Notes: a model not told the origin generated them from the letters alone. A stretch of DNA of 64,000 nt from Planctomycetes bacterium GWF2_41_51 (GCA_001825665.1 MHXZ01000112.1:18994-82993), one strand, 5' to 3'. Shown: positions 35,549 to 45,520, numbered from the stretch's first letter. Numbers and translations: made by a program.

Positions 35549-37070
35549 CTTCGTTCTCTTGTTCATGTATTGCGGTTTGATGGTGAGGTTTGCCGCCGAC
35601 GGTGGGATATGCGATCCTTCCGTGGTAATGGCCGGCAAGGCTCTTTGAGAGCGTTTCTTCAATCTTGCTAAGTTCCTTAAGCGTCAGGTCGCATTCATCA
35701 AATTGGCCATCCTGCAAACGCTTCATTGCCATATTGTGCACGACTGTTTCAATTTTAGTCGGCGTAACTTCGGTTTGCGCCCTGACGGCTCCTTCGACTG
35801 CATCGGAGAGCATAACAATGGCGGCTTCTTTTGTGCGCGGACGCGGGCCGGGGTAACGGAATTCTGATTCTGAGGGCGGCGTTTCACCGTTTGCTTTTTT
35901 GCGAGCCTCTTCGTAGAAATATTCGATTAAGGTTGTGCCGTGATGGGTTTCGATGAACTGGCGAATGACCGCGGGCAGACTGTATTCTTCGGCAAGTTCG
36001 AGGCCGTCTTTGACGTGGCCTGAGATTATTAACTGGCTCATCGCGGGAGAAAGCTGGTCGTGACGGCTGGCGGTGCCCATTTGATTTTCGACGAAATAGC
36101 GAGGCTTGCCGATTTTGCCGATGTCGTGATAATACGCGCCGACACGGCAAAGGAGGCCGTTTGCGCCAATGGACTCGGCGGCGGCTTCGGCGATTGAACC
36201 TATGAGCAGACTGTGGCTGTATGTGCCGGGGGCATCCATCGCGAGTTTCTTGAGAAGCGGCTGATTGGCGTCACTATAATCGAGAAGCGTCATACTGGTT
36301 GCTATGCGAAAAACTTTTTCGATGATTGGCAGGAACGCCTGGATAACGACGGCGACGCAAATAACTGCGGTTGCTGTCCAGCCGGCCTGAGCAAATATAC
36401 TTCTATTCAAACCATTGTCGAAGAGGTCTGTCGAAAAGCTGATTATGAAAACTGCGGCGCCGGCGAAGATGCCGACTTCGAGAATTTTGATTCTTGTTCT
36501 TATTTCACGGAGCAGAAAGCAACTCGATATTGTGCCGGAAATCATTGTAAGGAAAAGGCTGAAATCAGTTTCGCGGCCTGCGGCAAGGCAGGCGAGCATC
36601 GAATATGACAGGCTCATCGCAAGCGCAAAACGCTGGTCGTAGACGATTGAGAGAATTATAGCTCCGCCAACTGCGACGGCAACTGCGATGTAAATGCCGG
36701 CGGCAAAAAGCATACCGAACTTTGTAATGGCTATAAGGGTCAAAAACAGGCATGCAAGGACAATTGCGCGGGCAGGATTTTTTATAAGTGAATAATTGAA
36801 ACGGAAAACATATAACCCGCTGGTAGCGGAAATAATGAACACTAAAAGTGTAACAGCGAAAATCTGGTGCGGCGGGCGATAACTGAAAGAATCAAAAGTT
36901 ACCCTGATGCTAAGCAGAAAGCTGCAAACGGCGGCGAAAAAAAGAATTATCAAAGTTGAAACGAGCATACCGCTGTTAACGAAACCAACAATTTTTACAA
37001 ATCTATCGGCGGCAAAAGCTTCTCTGAGCTGCTTGCGTCTGGGACTAATATTTTTTTTCAGTATTCCCAT
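35541..37070 (-). CDS. 7TM-HD membrane phosphohydrolase (PgpH/YqfF family)
   Basis: Seven TM helices followed by an HD domain (YYHDIGK, ETHHGTTLIEYFY). It occupies the canonical phoH-pgpH-ybeY gene order. Confidence 0.75.
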   Translation of the reverse strand: MGILKKNISPRRKQLREAFAADRFVKIVGFVNSGMLVSTLIILFFAAVCSFLLSIRVTFDSFSYRPPHQIFAVTLLVFIISATSGLYVFRFNYSLIKNPARAIVLACLFLTLIAITKFGMLFAAGIYIAVAVAVGGAIILSIVYDQRFALAMSLSYSMLACLAAGRETDFSLFLTMISGTISSCFLLREIRTRIKILEVGIFAGAAVFIISFSTDLFDNGLNRSIFAQAGWTATAVICVAVVIQAFLPIIEKVFRIATSMTLLDYSDANQPLLKKLAMDAPGTYSHSLLIGSIAEAAAESIGANGLLCRVGAYYHDIGKIGKPRYFVENQMGTASRHDQLSPAMSQLIISGHVKDGLELAEEYSLPAVIRQFIETHHGTTLIEYFYEEARKKANGETPPSESEFRYPGPRPRTKEAAIVMLSDAVEGAVRAQTEVTPTKIETVVHNMAMKRLQDGQFDECDLTLKELSKIEETLSKSLAGHYHGRIAYPTVGGKPHHQTAIHEQENEDA

Positions 37071-37073
37071 ATT

Positions 37074-38018
37074 TTATTGTGAGTGTCTCTTTTTCTTCGC
37101 TTCGTACGCCTGAACGATGTTCTGGACAAGATTGTGCCTTACAATGTCCGTGTCGTCAAGCCCTATTAATGAAATTCCTTCTGTGCGGGCGAGAGTTTCC
37201 ATGGCATCGAGCATACCGCTTTTCTGGCCTCGTTCAAGGTCGGTTTGGGTGATGTCGCCGGTGATAATCATTTTGGAGCCTCTGCCCATCCTTGTAAGGA
37301 ACATAAGCATCTGGGTTGGAGAGGTATTTTGTGCCTCATCGCAGATAATGCAGGCTTCGTTGAGCGTTCTGCCTCGCATAAACGCAAGAGGAATCACTTC
37401 AATAATGTCCATATCGGCAAGTTTCCGCATCTGGGCAAAATCCATCATATCCTCAAGACTGTCGAAGAGCGGACGCAAAAAGGGATTGACCTTCGCTTCG
37501 ATATCGCCGGGCAGGAAGCCGAGCTTCTCCCCCGCTTCTACCGCAGGCCGCGCAAGCACGATTTTTCTAATCTGTTTCTTTTTGAGCATCGATACAGCGA
37601 CTGCAACTGCAAGATAAGTTTTGCCTGTACCGGCGGGGCCTGTGCAGAAAGTCAAATCGTGATTGAGCATCGCTTCGATATATCTTCGCTGGCCGCGAGT
37701 GAACGGCTTAATCATTCTCTTGGGCGAAAAAACTGAAACGCCGAAATCCTCATCAGGTTCGATATTGACTTCGACTTTGCTAATCAGGCCGACCACATCG
37801 TTGGCATCGAGTTTGCCGAATCGGGAAAGATACTGCTGCATCAAATCGACAACCTGCTCTGCTTTTCTGACGGCCTGCTCCTGACCTGCGATGACAACCG
37901 AATCGTCACGCGCAGCGATACTGACTCCGCAGCGAGCGCGAACTATCCGCAAATGCTCATCGGCGGGTCCGAAAATTTCGAGCCTTTTTTTCGAAACAAG
38001 TTGAACAGTTATTTCCAA
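37074..38018 (-). CDS. phoH: PhoH-like ATPase (YbeZ)
   Basis: Walker A GPAGTGKTYLAVAVAV and the IICDEAQN / ITGDITQTD motifs. Confidence 0.9.
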   Translation of the reverse strand: MEITVQLVSKKRLEIFGPADEHLRIVRARCGVSIAARDDSVVIAGQEQAVRKAEQVVDLMQQYLSRFGKLDANDVVGLISKVEVNIEPDEDFGVSVFSPKRMIKPFTRGQRRYIEAMLNHDLTFCTGPAGTGKTYLAVAVAVSMLKKKQIRKIVLARPAVEAGEKLGFLPGDIEAKVNPFLRPLFDSLEDMMDFAQMRKLADMDIIEVIPLAFMRGRTLNEACIICDEAQNTSPTQMLMFLTRMGRGSKMIITGDITQTDLERGQKSGMLDAMETLARTEGISLIGLDDTDIVRHNLVQNIVQAYEAKKKRHSQ

Positions 38019-38037
38019 AGTTAATTACCCGTTCCGT

Positions 38038-38898
38038 TTAAACGAATAAGAAAAATAAATAGGCGAAAATCGCGGTGCCAAGCGGCGAATCAATAATATC
38101 GAGCACGCCGCCAAAACCGGGCACTGAAGAGGCCGAGTCTTTTGTCTCCGCGGCACGTTTAAGCATCGATTCAGCTAAATCGCCGAGCTGGCCAAGATAC
38201 GCAAAAACGGCACCAAAGACAACCGCTGCCCAAAGCGGCATTATATCAAAAGCTTTCGCAAATATCGAGGCAACAATTATGGAAAAAATAATGCCCCCCG
38301 CCATACCTTCCCATGTTTTTTTGGGACTGATTACGGGCGAAAATTTGTGTTTACCGAAGAGCCTGCCAAAAGTATAAGCGCCTATATCGCAGCATTTTAC
38401 GACAAAAACGAACATCAAAAACGCGATTGGGCCAAAGTCGATTCTGAGCTTGATAATGAAACTCGTCAGCACGCCAAGATAGCAAATAATAAGCAAATTC
38501 GCGCCGCAATTGGCGAATGCCCCGATAGCAGCATACTTCAAACCCTGCCATAAAAAAATGGCAAGAATACTTAAACCGAAAATTAAAATGAAAAATATCG
38601 AGGCAAACTGCAAGCTGTCTTCGAAGAATTGTGCCAGATACCAACCACCTGCAATCAGAACCGTTGCGACAACCGTAATGGGCAGGAAAATTTTCGCACC
38701 ACCTGATTTTATGAGTTTGGCAAGTTCGAAATTCGCAGGAACGGCAACGAGTACTATTAAAATGGCAAGCAGTGTCCCCTGTATCGCTGAATCTTCTTTC
38801 TGACTGCTCAAACTCCCATCAAGAAAACCATCGAATAAAATCAACGATACAAAACATATCGTCATCAACGTACCGAAAATTAATCTATACTTTAGCAT
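38038..38898 (-). CDS. cdsA: Phosphatidate cytidylyltransferase
   Basis: Polytopic membrane protein with the C-terminal signature SMLKRAAETKDSASSVPGFGGVLDIIDS. Confidence 0.85.
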   Translation of the reverse strand: MLKYRLIFGTLMTICFVSLILFDGFLDGSLSSQKEDSAIQGTLLAILIVLVAVPANFELAKLIKSGGAKIFLPITVVATVLIAGGWYLAQFFEDSLQFASIFFILIFGLSILAIFLWQGLKYAAIGAFANCGANLLIICYLGVLTSFIIKLRIDFGPIAFLMFVFVVKCCDIGAYTFGRLFGKHKFSPVISPKKTWEGMAGGIIFSIIVASIFAKAFDIMPLWAAVVFGAVFAYLGQLGDLAESMLKRAAETKDSASSVPGFGGVLDIIDSPLGTAIFAYLFFLFV

Positions 38899-38918
38899 TT
38901 AATCTCCCACATAATTAC

Positions 38919-39701
38919 TTACACTAAAGATGGTTTTATGTCTCCCATTCTTCTGGCGCGTTTTGAAAAGTCAAGAATCGCTTTGTCAACATCTGCAGGA
39001 GCAAAGTCCGGCCAGAGCGTATCAGTTATGTAAAACTCGGCGTAAGAAAGCTGCCAAAGCAGAAAATTACTAATCCTCTTTTCACTCGATGTTCTTATCA
39101 GCAAATCAGGGTCAGGCAGCGAAGCGGTGTAAAGGCTGTCGGCAACAATCTGCTCATCAATCTGGTCAATTGTCAGCGAACCTTTAATACAATCTGAGGC
39201 GATTTTTTTTGCGGCATCAATGATCTCCTCACGACTGCCATAGTTTAACGCAAGAGCGAGAGTCATTCCCGTATATTTCGAACTTATCTCGATAGTTTTA
39301 TGCATCTCGCGAACAAGTTTGGGGGGAAGTTTTTCGGTCCTGCCGAGATGAACCAGCCGAACATTGTGTTCCTTGAGGGTTTTTCTTATCCCCACAAGAT
39401 AACGGGTATAAAGCTGCATCAGGAAAGCGACTTCCAGTTTCGGCCGTTTCCAGTTCTGCATACTGAACGAATAAAGCGTGAGGCAATCGATTCCAATATC
39501 GACACAGTAATCAACAATTTTTTCGACGGTTCTTGCGCCCTGGCGATGACCATGAAAACGAGGCATTCCACGGTTTTCAGCCCATCTGCCGTTTCCATCC
39601 ATTATAATTGCGACGTGTTTTGGAAATTGCGAAGGTTCAATGCCGAGCCTTTTTGCTGCGGCGATACGATTTGCTTTCATATCAGGAATTTCTTTTGACA
39701 T
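38919..39701 (-). CDS. uppS: Isoprenyl transferase (undecaprenyl diphosphate synthase)
   Basis: HVAIIMDGNGRWA...HGHRQG and RTSSEKRISNFLLWQLSYAEF motifs. The start is set at the ATG at 39701, 1 nt after the purA stop. Confidence 0.9.
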   Translation of the reverse strand: MSKEIPDMKANRIAAAKRLGIEPSQFPKHVAIIMDGNGRWAENRGMPRFHGHRQGARTVEKIVDYCVDIGIDCLTLYSFSMQNWKRPKLEVAFLMQLYTRYLVGIRKTLKEHNVRLVHLGRTEKLPPKLVREMHKTIEISSKYTGMTLALALNYGSREEIIDAAKKIASDCIKGSLTIDQIDEQIVADSLYTASLPDPDLLIRTSSEKRISNFLLWQLSYAEFYITDTLWPDFAPADVDKAILDFSKRARRMGDIKPSLV

Positions 39702-39702
39702 T

Positions 39703-40980
39703 TTATTTCCTGAAAATCGTCTGTTTTCTCGAAGGGCCGACACCGATAATGGTTACCGGAAGGCCGACGGCATCTTCGACTGCTTTTACATACAGCCTTG
39801 CCTGGTCTGGAAGTTTTTCAAAACTGTCAACTTCGGTTAAATCCTCGCCGAAACCTTTTACGGTTTTGAAAACGCATTCAACTTTCGCGAGTTTGTCAAT
39901 ATTCGATGGGAACATTTTTACTTCTTTGCCGTCGATTGTATAACCAGTACAGATTTTCACTTCGTCGAGACCAGCCAAAGTATCGAGGTGCATCATAGCG
40001 AGTTCATTAATACCGCCGATTTTGGCGGCGTATTTTACAACCATTGCATCGAACCAGCCGCAGCGGCGAGGTCTGCCGGTCGTAGTGCCGTATTCGTGGC
40101 CTTTGTCGCGAATGTATTGGCCTATTTCGTTTTCAAGCTCGGACGGGAACGGGCCTGCACCGACTCGTGTTGTATATGCCTTTACTACGCCAATGAAATT
40201 ATCAATCATCTGAACGGGAACACCGCAGCCGGGGCCGACGCCGAGAGAACTTGCGTTGGAGCTGGTAACAAACGGGAAAGTACCGTGGTCGAGGTCGAGA
40301 AGAGCGCCCTGAGCGCCTTCGAATAGAATATTTCTGCCTGCTTCAATTTGTTCGTGGAGATAGGCAGTCGTATCGCAGACATATTTAGATAATTTTTGCG
40401 AATAGACTTTACATTTTTCGTAAATTTCGCCTGCATTCATCGGCTCGGCATTATATAAAGCACCGAATATTTTATTTTTATAATTTACAATGTTTTCAAT
40501 TTTGCCTTTTAAGTTTTCGATATTCAGCAAATCGGCCATTCTTACCGCGTAGCTCCTGCCTACTTTATCTGAATAACATGGGCCGATGCCGCGGACGGTT
40601 GTTCCGATTTTATTTTTGCCGAGCGATTCTTCTCTTAGCCTGTCTTCGGCTTTGTGATAATCGAGAACGACGTGCGCGTTTTCACTGATTAGCAGCCTGT
40701 CATCGAGTGTGATGCCCTTGTTAATGAGGGAATCAATTTCGCCCAGCAGCACTTCGGGGTCAACGACAACGCCGTTGGCAATGACGCAGACGGTATTTGG
40801 CCGAACCGCACCGCTTGGCAAAAGATGCAGAGCAAATTTTTTATCTCCAATAACTACGGTATGGCCGGCGTTTGCTCCGCCTCCATAGCGGACAACAATA
40901 TCATTCTTTTCGGCAAGAATATCAACGACTTTGCCTTTGCCTTCATCGCCCCATTGCAGACCTACTACACAGATATTCAT
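39703..40980 (-). CDS. purA: Adenylosuccinate synthetase
   Basis: MNICVVGLQWGDEGKGKVVD P-loop, GIGPCYSDK and GTTTGRPRRCGW motifs. Confidence 0.95.
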   Translation of the reverse strand: MNICVVGLQWGDEGKGKVVDILAEKNDIVVRYGGGANAGHTVVIGDKKFALHLLPSGAVRPNTVCVIANGVVVDPEVLLGEIDSLINKGITLDDRLLISENAHVVLDYHKAEDRLREESLGKNKIGTTVRGIGPCYSDKVGRSYAVRMADLLNIENLKGKIENIVNYKNKIFGALYNAEPMNAGEIYEKCKVYSQKLSKYVCDTTAYLHEQIEAGRNILFEGAQGALLDLDHGTFPFVTSSNASSLGVGPGCGVPVQMIDNFIGVVKAYTTRVGAGPFPSELENEIGQYIRDKGHEYGTTTGRPRRCGWFDAMVVKYAAKIGGINELAMMHLDTLAGLDEVKICTGYTIDGKEVKMFPSNIDKLAKVECVFKTVKGFGEDLTEVDSFEKLPDQARLYVKAVEDAVGLPVTIIGVGPSRKQTIFRK

Positions 40981-41001
40981 AATGATTGACTCTCAAAAAA
41001 C

Positions 41002-41031
41002 CACGAATTAACACGAATTGACACGAAAATT
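41002..41031 (+). repeat. Three exact-phase tandem words CACGAATTAA / CACGAATTGA / CACGAAAATT (10-nt period)
   Basis: It fills most of the 54-nt spacer between the stop of the 157-aa gene (41035) and the purA start (40980). Confidence 0.75.
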
Positions 41032-41034
41032 ATA

Positions 41035-41508
41035 TCAGCCTGAAATTTTAGACACAAGCAAATCGAGGACGGCATCCATATTGTCCCAGTTTTTGCTGCA
41101 AATCTTTTTTTCAAGCGGTTTGCCGTCAGGGCCTTTGTAAGTGATAACAAAGCAGCCTTTTGACGCATAATCGGTTTTGTTAATGCTCTCCAATGAACTA
41201 TAAGGAATTTTTTCGCCGTCGGCAAGAATAAGCTCCTGCTCGTCTGCGACAATCTTTTTGCCATTGACAATGAAAGCATAAATTCCGACAGCTATAGCGC
41301 CGGCGATAAGAAATGGAGGAGCTTTTTTGTGAAAAACGAGTGTATGATCTTCAACACCGTTTTTGGTATGCTTGGCTATAAATTTATCATTTTTATAACC
41401 ATCATAAGCAAACCAGACACCTGCGACGAACAGAATAAGAATCCAGATTTTATAATTTGTTTTTTTGTACTTCGCGAGCGGCGCTACAACTGCCATTTTG
41501 ACCTCCAT
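41035..41508 (-). CDS. Hypothetical small membrane protein (two TM helices plus a soluble C-domain)
   Basis: TM helices IWILILFVAGVWFAY and FLIAGAIAVGIYAFIV. No family recognised. Confidence 0.5.
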   Translation of the reverse strand: MEVKMAVVAPLAKYKKTNYKIWILILFVAGVWFAYDGYKNDKFIAKHTKNGVEDHTLVFHKKAPPFLIAGAIAVGIYAFIVNGKKIVADEQELILADGEKIPYSSLESINKTDYASKGCFVITYKGPDGKPLEKKICSKNWDNMDAVLDLLVSKISG

Positions 41509-41567
41509 AAAAATCCATTTTTCTTAAGATTTATTACCAATCGCTTACGCTCATGGCTCTGATTAAA

Positions 41568-42317
41568 TTATCTTCTGTGCGCAATAGCGTTTGTCAAAGG
41601 CAGAACGATATTGGGCACAACTTTTTCGTCCATATACTCAACCGCAAGAGCACAAATTTTAGCAAATACTTTTTCAAGTTCGAATTCCTGCCCTGCCTGC
41701 GGATACTGCCTGATTGTCGAAAACAGGCTTATTGGTTTGTCAGTATCGAATTTTCCGCTTCTAATCTCGGCCTCATCTGTACGCGATTCAATTGCAATTC
41801 TTGCCCTTGTCGAGCAATCTTCATTGAGAGCTATAATCGCTGAAGGTGAAAGATTGAGCGGACCGGGTCCGGCGATATCAAACAGTCTTGAAAAAGCCGA
41901 GCCGCCGAAAAGCGCTTCGGAAATAATATCGTTGTGATTGCCCGCGAATTCAAAATCCATACCGAAAGTCAAATCGACGGATTCAATATCAAGACTGCGT
42001 ACGCCGAGCATATAAGGAACCAAACCTATCACAAACCGGGGCAAATCGAAAGCCTGCTGAAAAGTTTCAGGATTAACGCAGCCTGCTCCGAGCCGGTCAA
42101 CATCGACGCTGACCCAGAGATTGTGCTCCGATTGAGCGGATTCGTCAAGGCAGTATTCAGTACCTTCGCGATTTAGAATCGTCATACCGGGATACTGCTT
42201 TTTGACCCTTTCGAAAAAGGCAAGCAGAGTGTCCCTTTCCGAAGGAAGGTCAAAACGGGTATTTATATACATATCAACGTAAAAATCGTCACAAAACGAA
42301 TTATAACTAATCGACAT
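41568..42317 (-). CDS. Hypothetical 249-aa cytoplasmic protein, partner of the kinase-fold membrane protein
   Basis: The start is moved to the ATG at 42317 (MSISYNSF...), which has GAGG upstream. The track start at 42491 overlaps the upstream gene. No family recognised. Confidence 0.55.
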   Translation of the reverse strand: MSISYNSFCDDFYVDMYINTRFDLPSERDTLLAFFERVKKQYPGMTILNREGTEYCLDESAQSEHNLWVSVDVDRLGAGCVNPETFQQAFDLPRFVIGLVPYMLGVRSLDIESVDLTFGMDFEFAGNHNDIISEALFGGSAFSRLFDIAGPGPLNLSPSAIIALNEDCSTRARIAIESRTDEAEIRSGKFDTDKPISLFSTIRQYPQAGQEFELEKVFAKICALAVEYMDEKVVPNIVLPLTNAIAHRR

Positions 42318-42400
42318 AGAAGCCTCGCTCCAAAAACCAGTTACAAAACCATTCTCGCATAACCGGCCGATAAAAACAATCAAATTTCCAATAAAAACCG

Positions 42401-44863
42401 TTATTTTGGGGCATTTTCGACATCCGGCAAAGACAATTCGGTAACTATCGCACCAACCACTGCCGCTATTGTAAAGCCGAAACAATGCCACAAACCTGAA
42501 ATTATTACATCATTTGCGGTCTTGCCGTTCATTAAAATACTTATAAAGGTATAAATAAGTGCAGTCAGGAAGCCTGCCGCCGCAGAAAGCGAAATTCTTT
42601 TAAGAAGAGACGCTTTGCCGCAAAAAATTGTCGTGAAAGCACCGGCGCCAAAACAGAGCATGGCCGCGGCGATATTGAAGTGCCATTTTACAAAGAATGC
42701 CAGAACGCACGCAGCGATAATTGAAATCGGGAAAATGTGCCAGTTATGCGGCTCCAGTTTTTCGCGGAGTTCGGCTCGTGCCCGTATTCGCCTGCGGATG
42801 GTGAGCGGCCAATTATAGAAGATGCAGAAAATCGCATGTTCGAACAGAGCGCCGCGTTCGCCGAAAACCGGAACGATATGCACGGCGTCGGTCGCCCAAT
42901 GCGCCGCCATAAAACGAGCGAGAGCCGGATAGCGATACGTCATTTGAATCGGGAACGCAAGGTAGCCGACGATTTTGAAAAAACTGAGAAACAGCGCGAT
43001 ATTGTAATCTTTAAAATTCCGCTCACGAATCGCAAGCGACACAGTGTAAAATCCGCGAACAAGCGACCCGGGCGAAATCGGCAAAACATGAAACGCAAGC
43101 AGAATCGCGCCAACCATTTTCGCTCGTTCAGCCGCTGGTACATCCGGATGCGTCAGCAAATAAATCCCCGTTACCAGCAACCATGTTATTTCAGAAACAA
43201 AAATCGTCATCAAATGAACAACAAGACTGACAAGGTATTTCTGGATAAACGGTTCATCAAGCTGCGACTCGATAATCTCAGCATCTTCATCTGTTAAGAT
43301 ATGCTTATCTTTCCCTTGCTGAATCATATCGAGCAGCCATTGTTTTCGCTGTCCGGAATCAAAATAAAGCTTTATAGGCCTGATTACCAAATCATGAAAT
43401 TTTTCTTTTACGAATTGCCAATCAGTCAAAAACCTGTGCAGAAACGGAAGTATCAGAATCAACAACGGCAGATGATATAAAATTCGCCATTTATGATTTG
43501 CAAGCATTTCTCCTTTTTCCTGCGAGATTCTGCCTGCGCGATGCCATTTTGCGAGCATTTCAAGAACCTTGCCCTGCATTGCTTTTTTGAAATATCCGAA
43601 ACTTGTCAGCAAAGAAATATAATGCTTTCGCCAACTATTATGACACCAGAATTTTCGCAGTACTCTGCCGAGAATCGGAATCAATCCGATTAAGAAAAAT
43701 ATGAAAGTTTTGAATCTGCTGTTCCGCAGTTTTTCAAAACCAGTATCATCGATGATATTCTGCACTTTCCAGCCGACAACCGCGCTGTCAAAAATCGTTG
43801 ACCATAATTTGCCGCTGGTGAAAAGGCGAATATGATTGTGCGAAACATCAGGCACTGAGTTCCGATAAATATCTTCGGCGGCAACAAGCTGGTCGTACAT
43901 ACCTGTCATATCGCTGAAATTTTCTTTATGGGTGTCGATATAAGTTTTGAGCTGGTTCAAATCGCCCCGGTCGAACTGCACGAGCGAGCCGCGTTTAATG
44001 CCCTGGCCGATTAATTTGAAATCGCCGGGACTCATCGGCAGAAATGGCAGCAACGCCAAACCTGCCCGAAAATCGACAGCGACAAGGCCTTTTTCGGCAT
44101 CAGTTCCGGTTTCAATTCGTTTAAGGCAGTTCGGCTGGCTCTTGAGGGTCGTCCATTCGTACTGTCGCGCAAATTCGTGAGCGCCTATTTCGTGCAGGAG
44201 ATTTACAAACTCGTGCATAAAAACATATTTTGTACGATACTCAGGCGAGCCAAGTTTGTCCGAGTCAACTTCTTGCCCTTTTCGCCATTTTTTCAATAAA
44301 TCGATATGGTCATCGACTTCGAGCCGCCAAGTTCGACCTTCAATCCATTCGCTTATTTCGCCGCAGCTTCCGATTTGACTATCGACTAATGTGCCGAAAA
44401 TATTAACGACACTTTTTTCGTCGCCGAATTTGATTTGAGCCGCCCTGCGGATAAATTTCTGCCAAAGCGCACCTGCTTTTGCGGCGGCAGGATTGACCTG
44501 AAGCTGAAACGGGCCGCCAAAGCCGAGCCAGTAAAGCGAATTGCGGAATAATCTTGAAAAGTTCGAGGGCGGGACAAGGATTTTCATCGCGTAAATATTG
44601 CCAACCTGCAAATCGCGGCAAAGCTGCGGTTTATCGGTATCGAGAATTTTTATTTTGTAAACCTGTCCTGCGAACCCTCCGCCGACAAATCTTTCGATTG
44701 CTAATTTGATTTTTATTTTTTCGCCGCCGTTAATCGGCTGGAAATCATAAGTAAGTTCTGTCTGCGGCTCGTAATGAGCCATAGACACAGGTCTATGCAA
44801 TTCTAACTGCTCGAAGCGCAAATATAAATTTTTACAGAAATCTGAGGAATAGTCCAAAGCCAT
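42401..44863 (-). CDS. Protein-kinase-like (ABC1/UbiB/RIO-like) domain fused to a polytopic membrane domain
   Basis: Gly-rich loop FVGGGFAGQVYKI, VAIK-like NIYAMKIL, hinge-like EISEWIEGRTW and DFG-like LVAVDFRAG. The region where the catalytic loop is expected reads LKSQPNCLKR. The C-terminal ~450 aa contain about 10 predicted TM helices. Confidence 0.5.
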   Translation of the reverse strand: MALDYSSDFCKNLYLRFEQLELHRPVSMAHYEPQTELTYDFQPINGGEKIKIKLAIERFVGGGFAGQVYKIKILDTDKPQLCRDLQVGNIYAMKILVPPSNFSRLFRNSLYWLGFGGPFQLQVNPAAAKAGALWQKFIRRAAQIKFGDEKSVVNIFGTLVDSQIGSCGEISEWIEGRTWRLEVDDHIDLLKKWRKGQEVDSDKLGSPEYRTKYVFMHEFVNLLHEIGAHEFARQYEWTTLKSQPNCLKRIETGTDAEKGLVAVDFRAGLALLPFLPMSPGDFKLIGQGIKRGSLVQFDRGDLNQLKTYIDTHKENFSDMTGMYDQLVAAEDIYRNSVPDVSHNHIRLFTSGKLWSTIFDSAVVGWKVQNIIDDTGFEKLRNSRFKTFIFFLIGLIPILGRVLRKFWCHNSWRKHYISLLTSFGYFKKAMQGKVLEMLAKWHRAGRISQEKGEMLANHKWRILYHLPLLILILPFLHRFLTDWQFVKEKFHDLVIRPIKLYFDSGQRKQWLLDMIQQGKDKHILTDEDAEIIESQLDEPFIQKYLVSLVVHLMTIFVSEITWLLVTGIYLLTHPDVPAAERAKMVGAILLAFHVLPISPGSLVRGFYTVSLAIRERNFKDYNIALFLSFFKIVGYLAFPIQMTYRYPALARFMAAHWATDAVHIVPVFGERGALFEHAIFCIFYNWPLTIRRRIRARAELREKLEPHNWHIFPISIIAACVLAFFVKWHFNIAAAMLCFGAGAFTTIFCGKASLLKRISLSAAAGFLTALIYTFISILMNGKTANDVIISGLWHCFGFTIAAVVGAIVTELSLPDVENAPK

Positions 44864-44919
44864 AAAATCCTTTGTCAGCTTTCAATTTTTAGAGATGATA
44901 CTTTGAAAAGGAGAAATAA

Positions 44920-45414
44920 TCAACCACCCATTTGTGCAAATCTGACAAGCAGGGTTGTAATGCATACGACGGTGCCTGCAATAACCCCGGCGACCAAATC
45001 ATCGGCAAGAATGCCCAATCCGCCATTGAGGTGTTCCATTTCGCGAATGGGGGAGGGTTTCCAAATATCGAAGATTCTAAAGAGTACAAAGGCGGCAATT
45101 GCAGGAGCTAAAACTGTGCCGCTGGTTACCGCGGCGGGAAAAAGAGCAACAGCCTGACCTGCGAATTCATCAATAACAATCCAGCCCGGGTCTCTTTTTC
45201 GTCCATTTTTTTCGATTGCACCGGCAAAAACAACGCAAAAAACGCCTGCGATTATCATCGCTGCCAGCAGAAAAAAAACTGAAACAAACTGAATCGGCCA
45301 GAAATGATTTACCGCCAGAAAAGTGGCCAGCATCAGCAAACTGCCGAAAGTGCCGGGCGCTATAGGCATAAACCCTAATCCAAAGCAGGAAAGTACGAAT
45401 ATTTTAAACTTCAT
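44920..45414 (-). CDS. pgpA: Phosphatidylglycerophosphatase A
   Basis: GLGFMPIAPGTFGSL and FRIFDIWKPSPIR...GGLGILADDLVAGV motifs. Confidence 0.8.
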   Translation of the reverse strand: MKFKIFVLSCFGLGFMPIAPGTFGSLLMLATFLAVNHFWPIQFVSVFFLLAAMIIAGVFCVVFAGAIEKNGRKRDPGWIVIDEFAGQAVALFPAAVTSGTVLAPAIAAFVLFRIFDIWKPSPIREMEHLNGGLGILADDLVAGVIAGTVVCITTLLVRFAQMGG

Positions 45415-45471
45415 ACCTTTAGTATAATCGAAAATACAAAATTAAAAACTAAAAAATCCTTTCAAAATCCC

Positions 45472-45500
45472 TTGACTTTATCCGGTATAAAAGTTATCAT
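45472..45500 (+). promoter_or_regulatory. Sigma-70-type promoter of the zur-znuACB operon
   Basis: TTGACT (45472-45477), a 17-nt spacer, then TATCAT (45495-45500). Confidence 0.6.
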
Positions 45501-45503
45501 TAT

Positions 45504-45518
45504 TGCAACATTGTTGCA
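45504..45518 (+). promoter_or_regulatory. Perfect 7-1-7 palindrome TGCAACA-T-TGTTGCA, candidate Zur operator
   Basis: It lies between the -10 hexamer and the ATG at 45521, where a repressor would block initiation. Confidence 0.55.
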
Positions 45519-45520
45519 TT

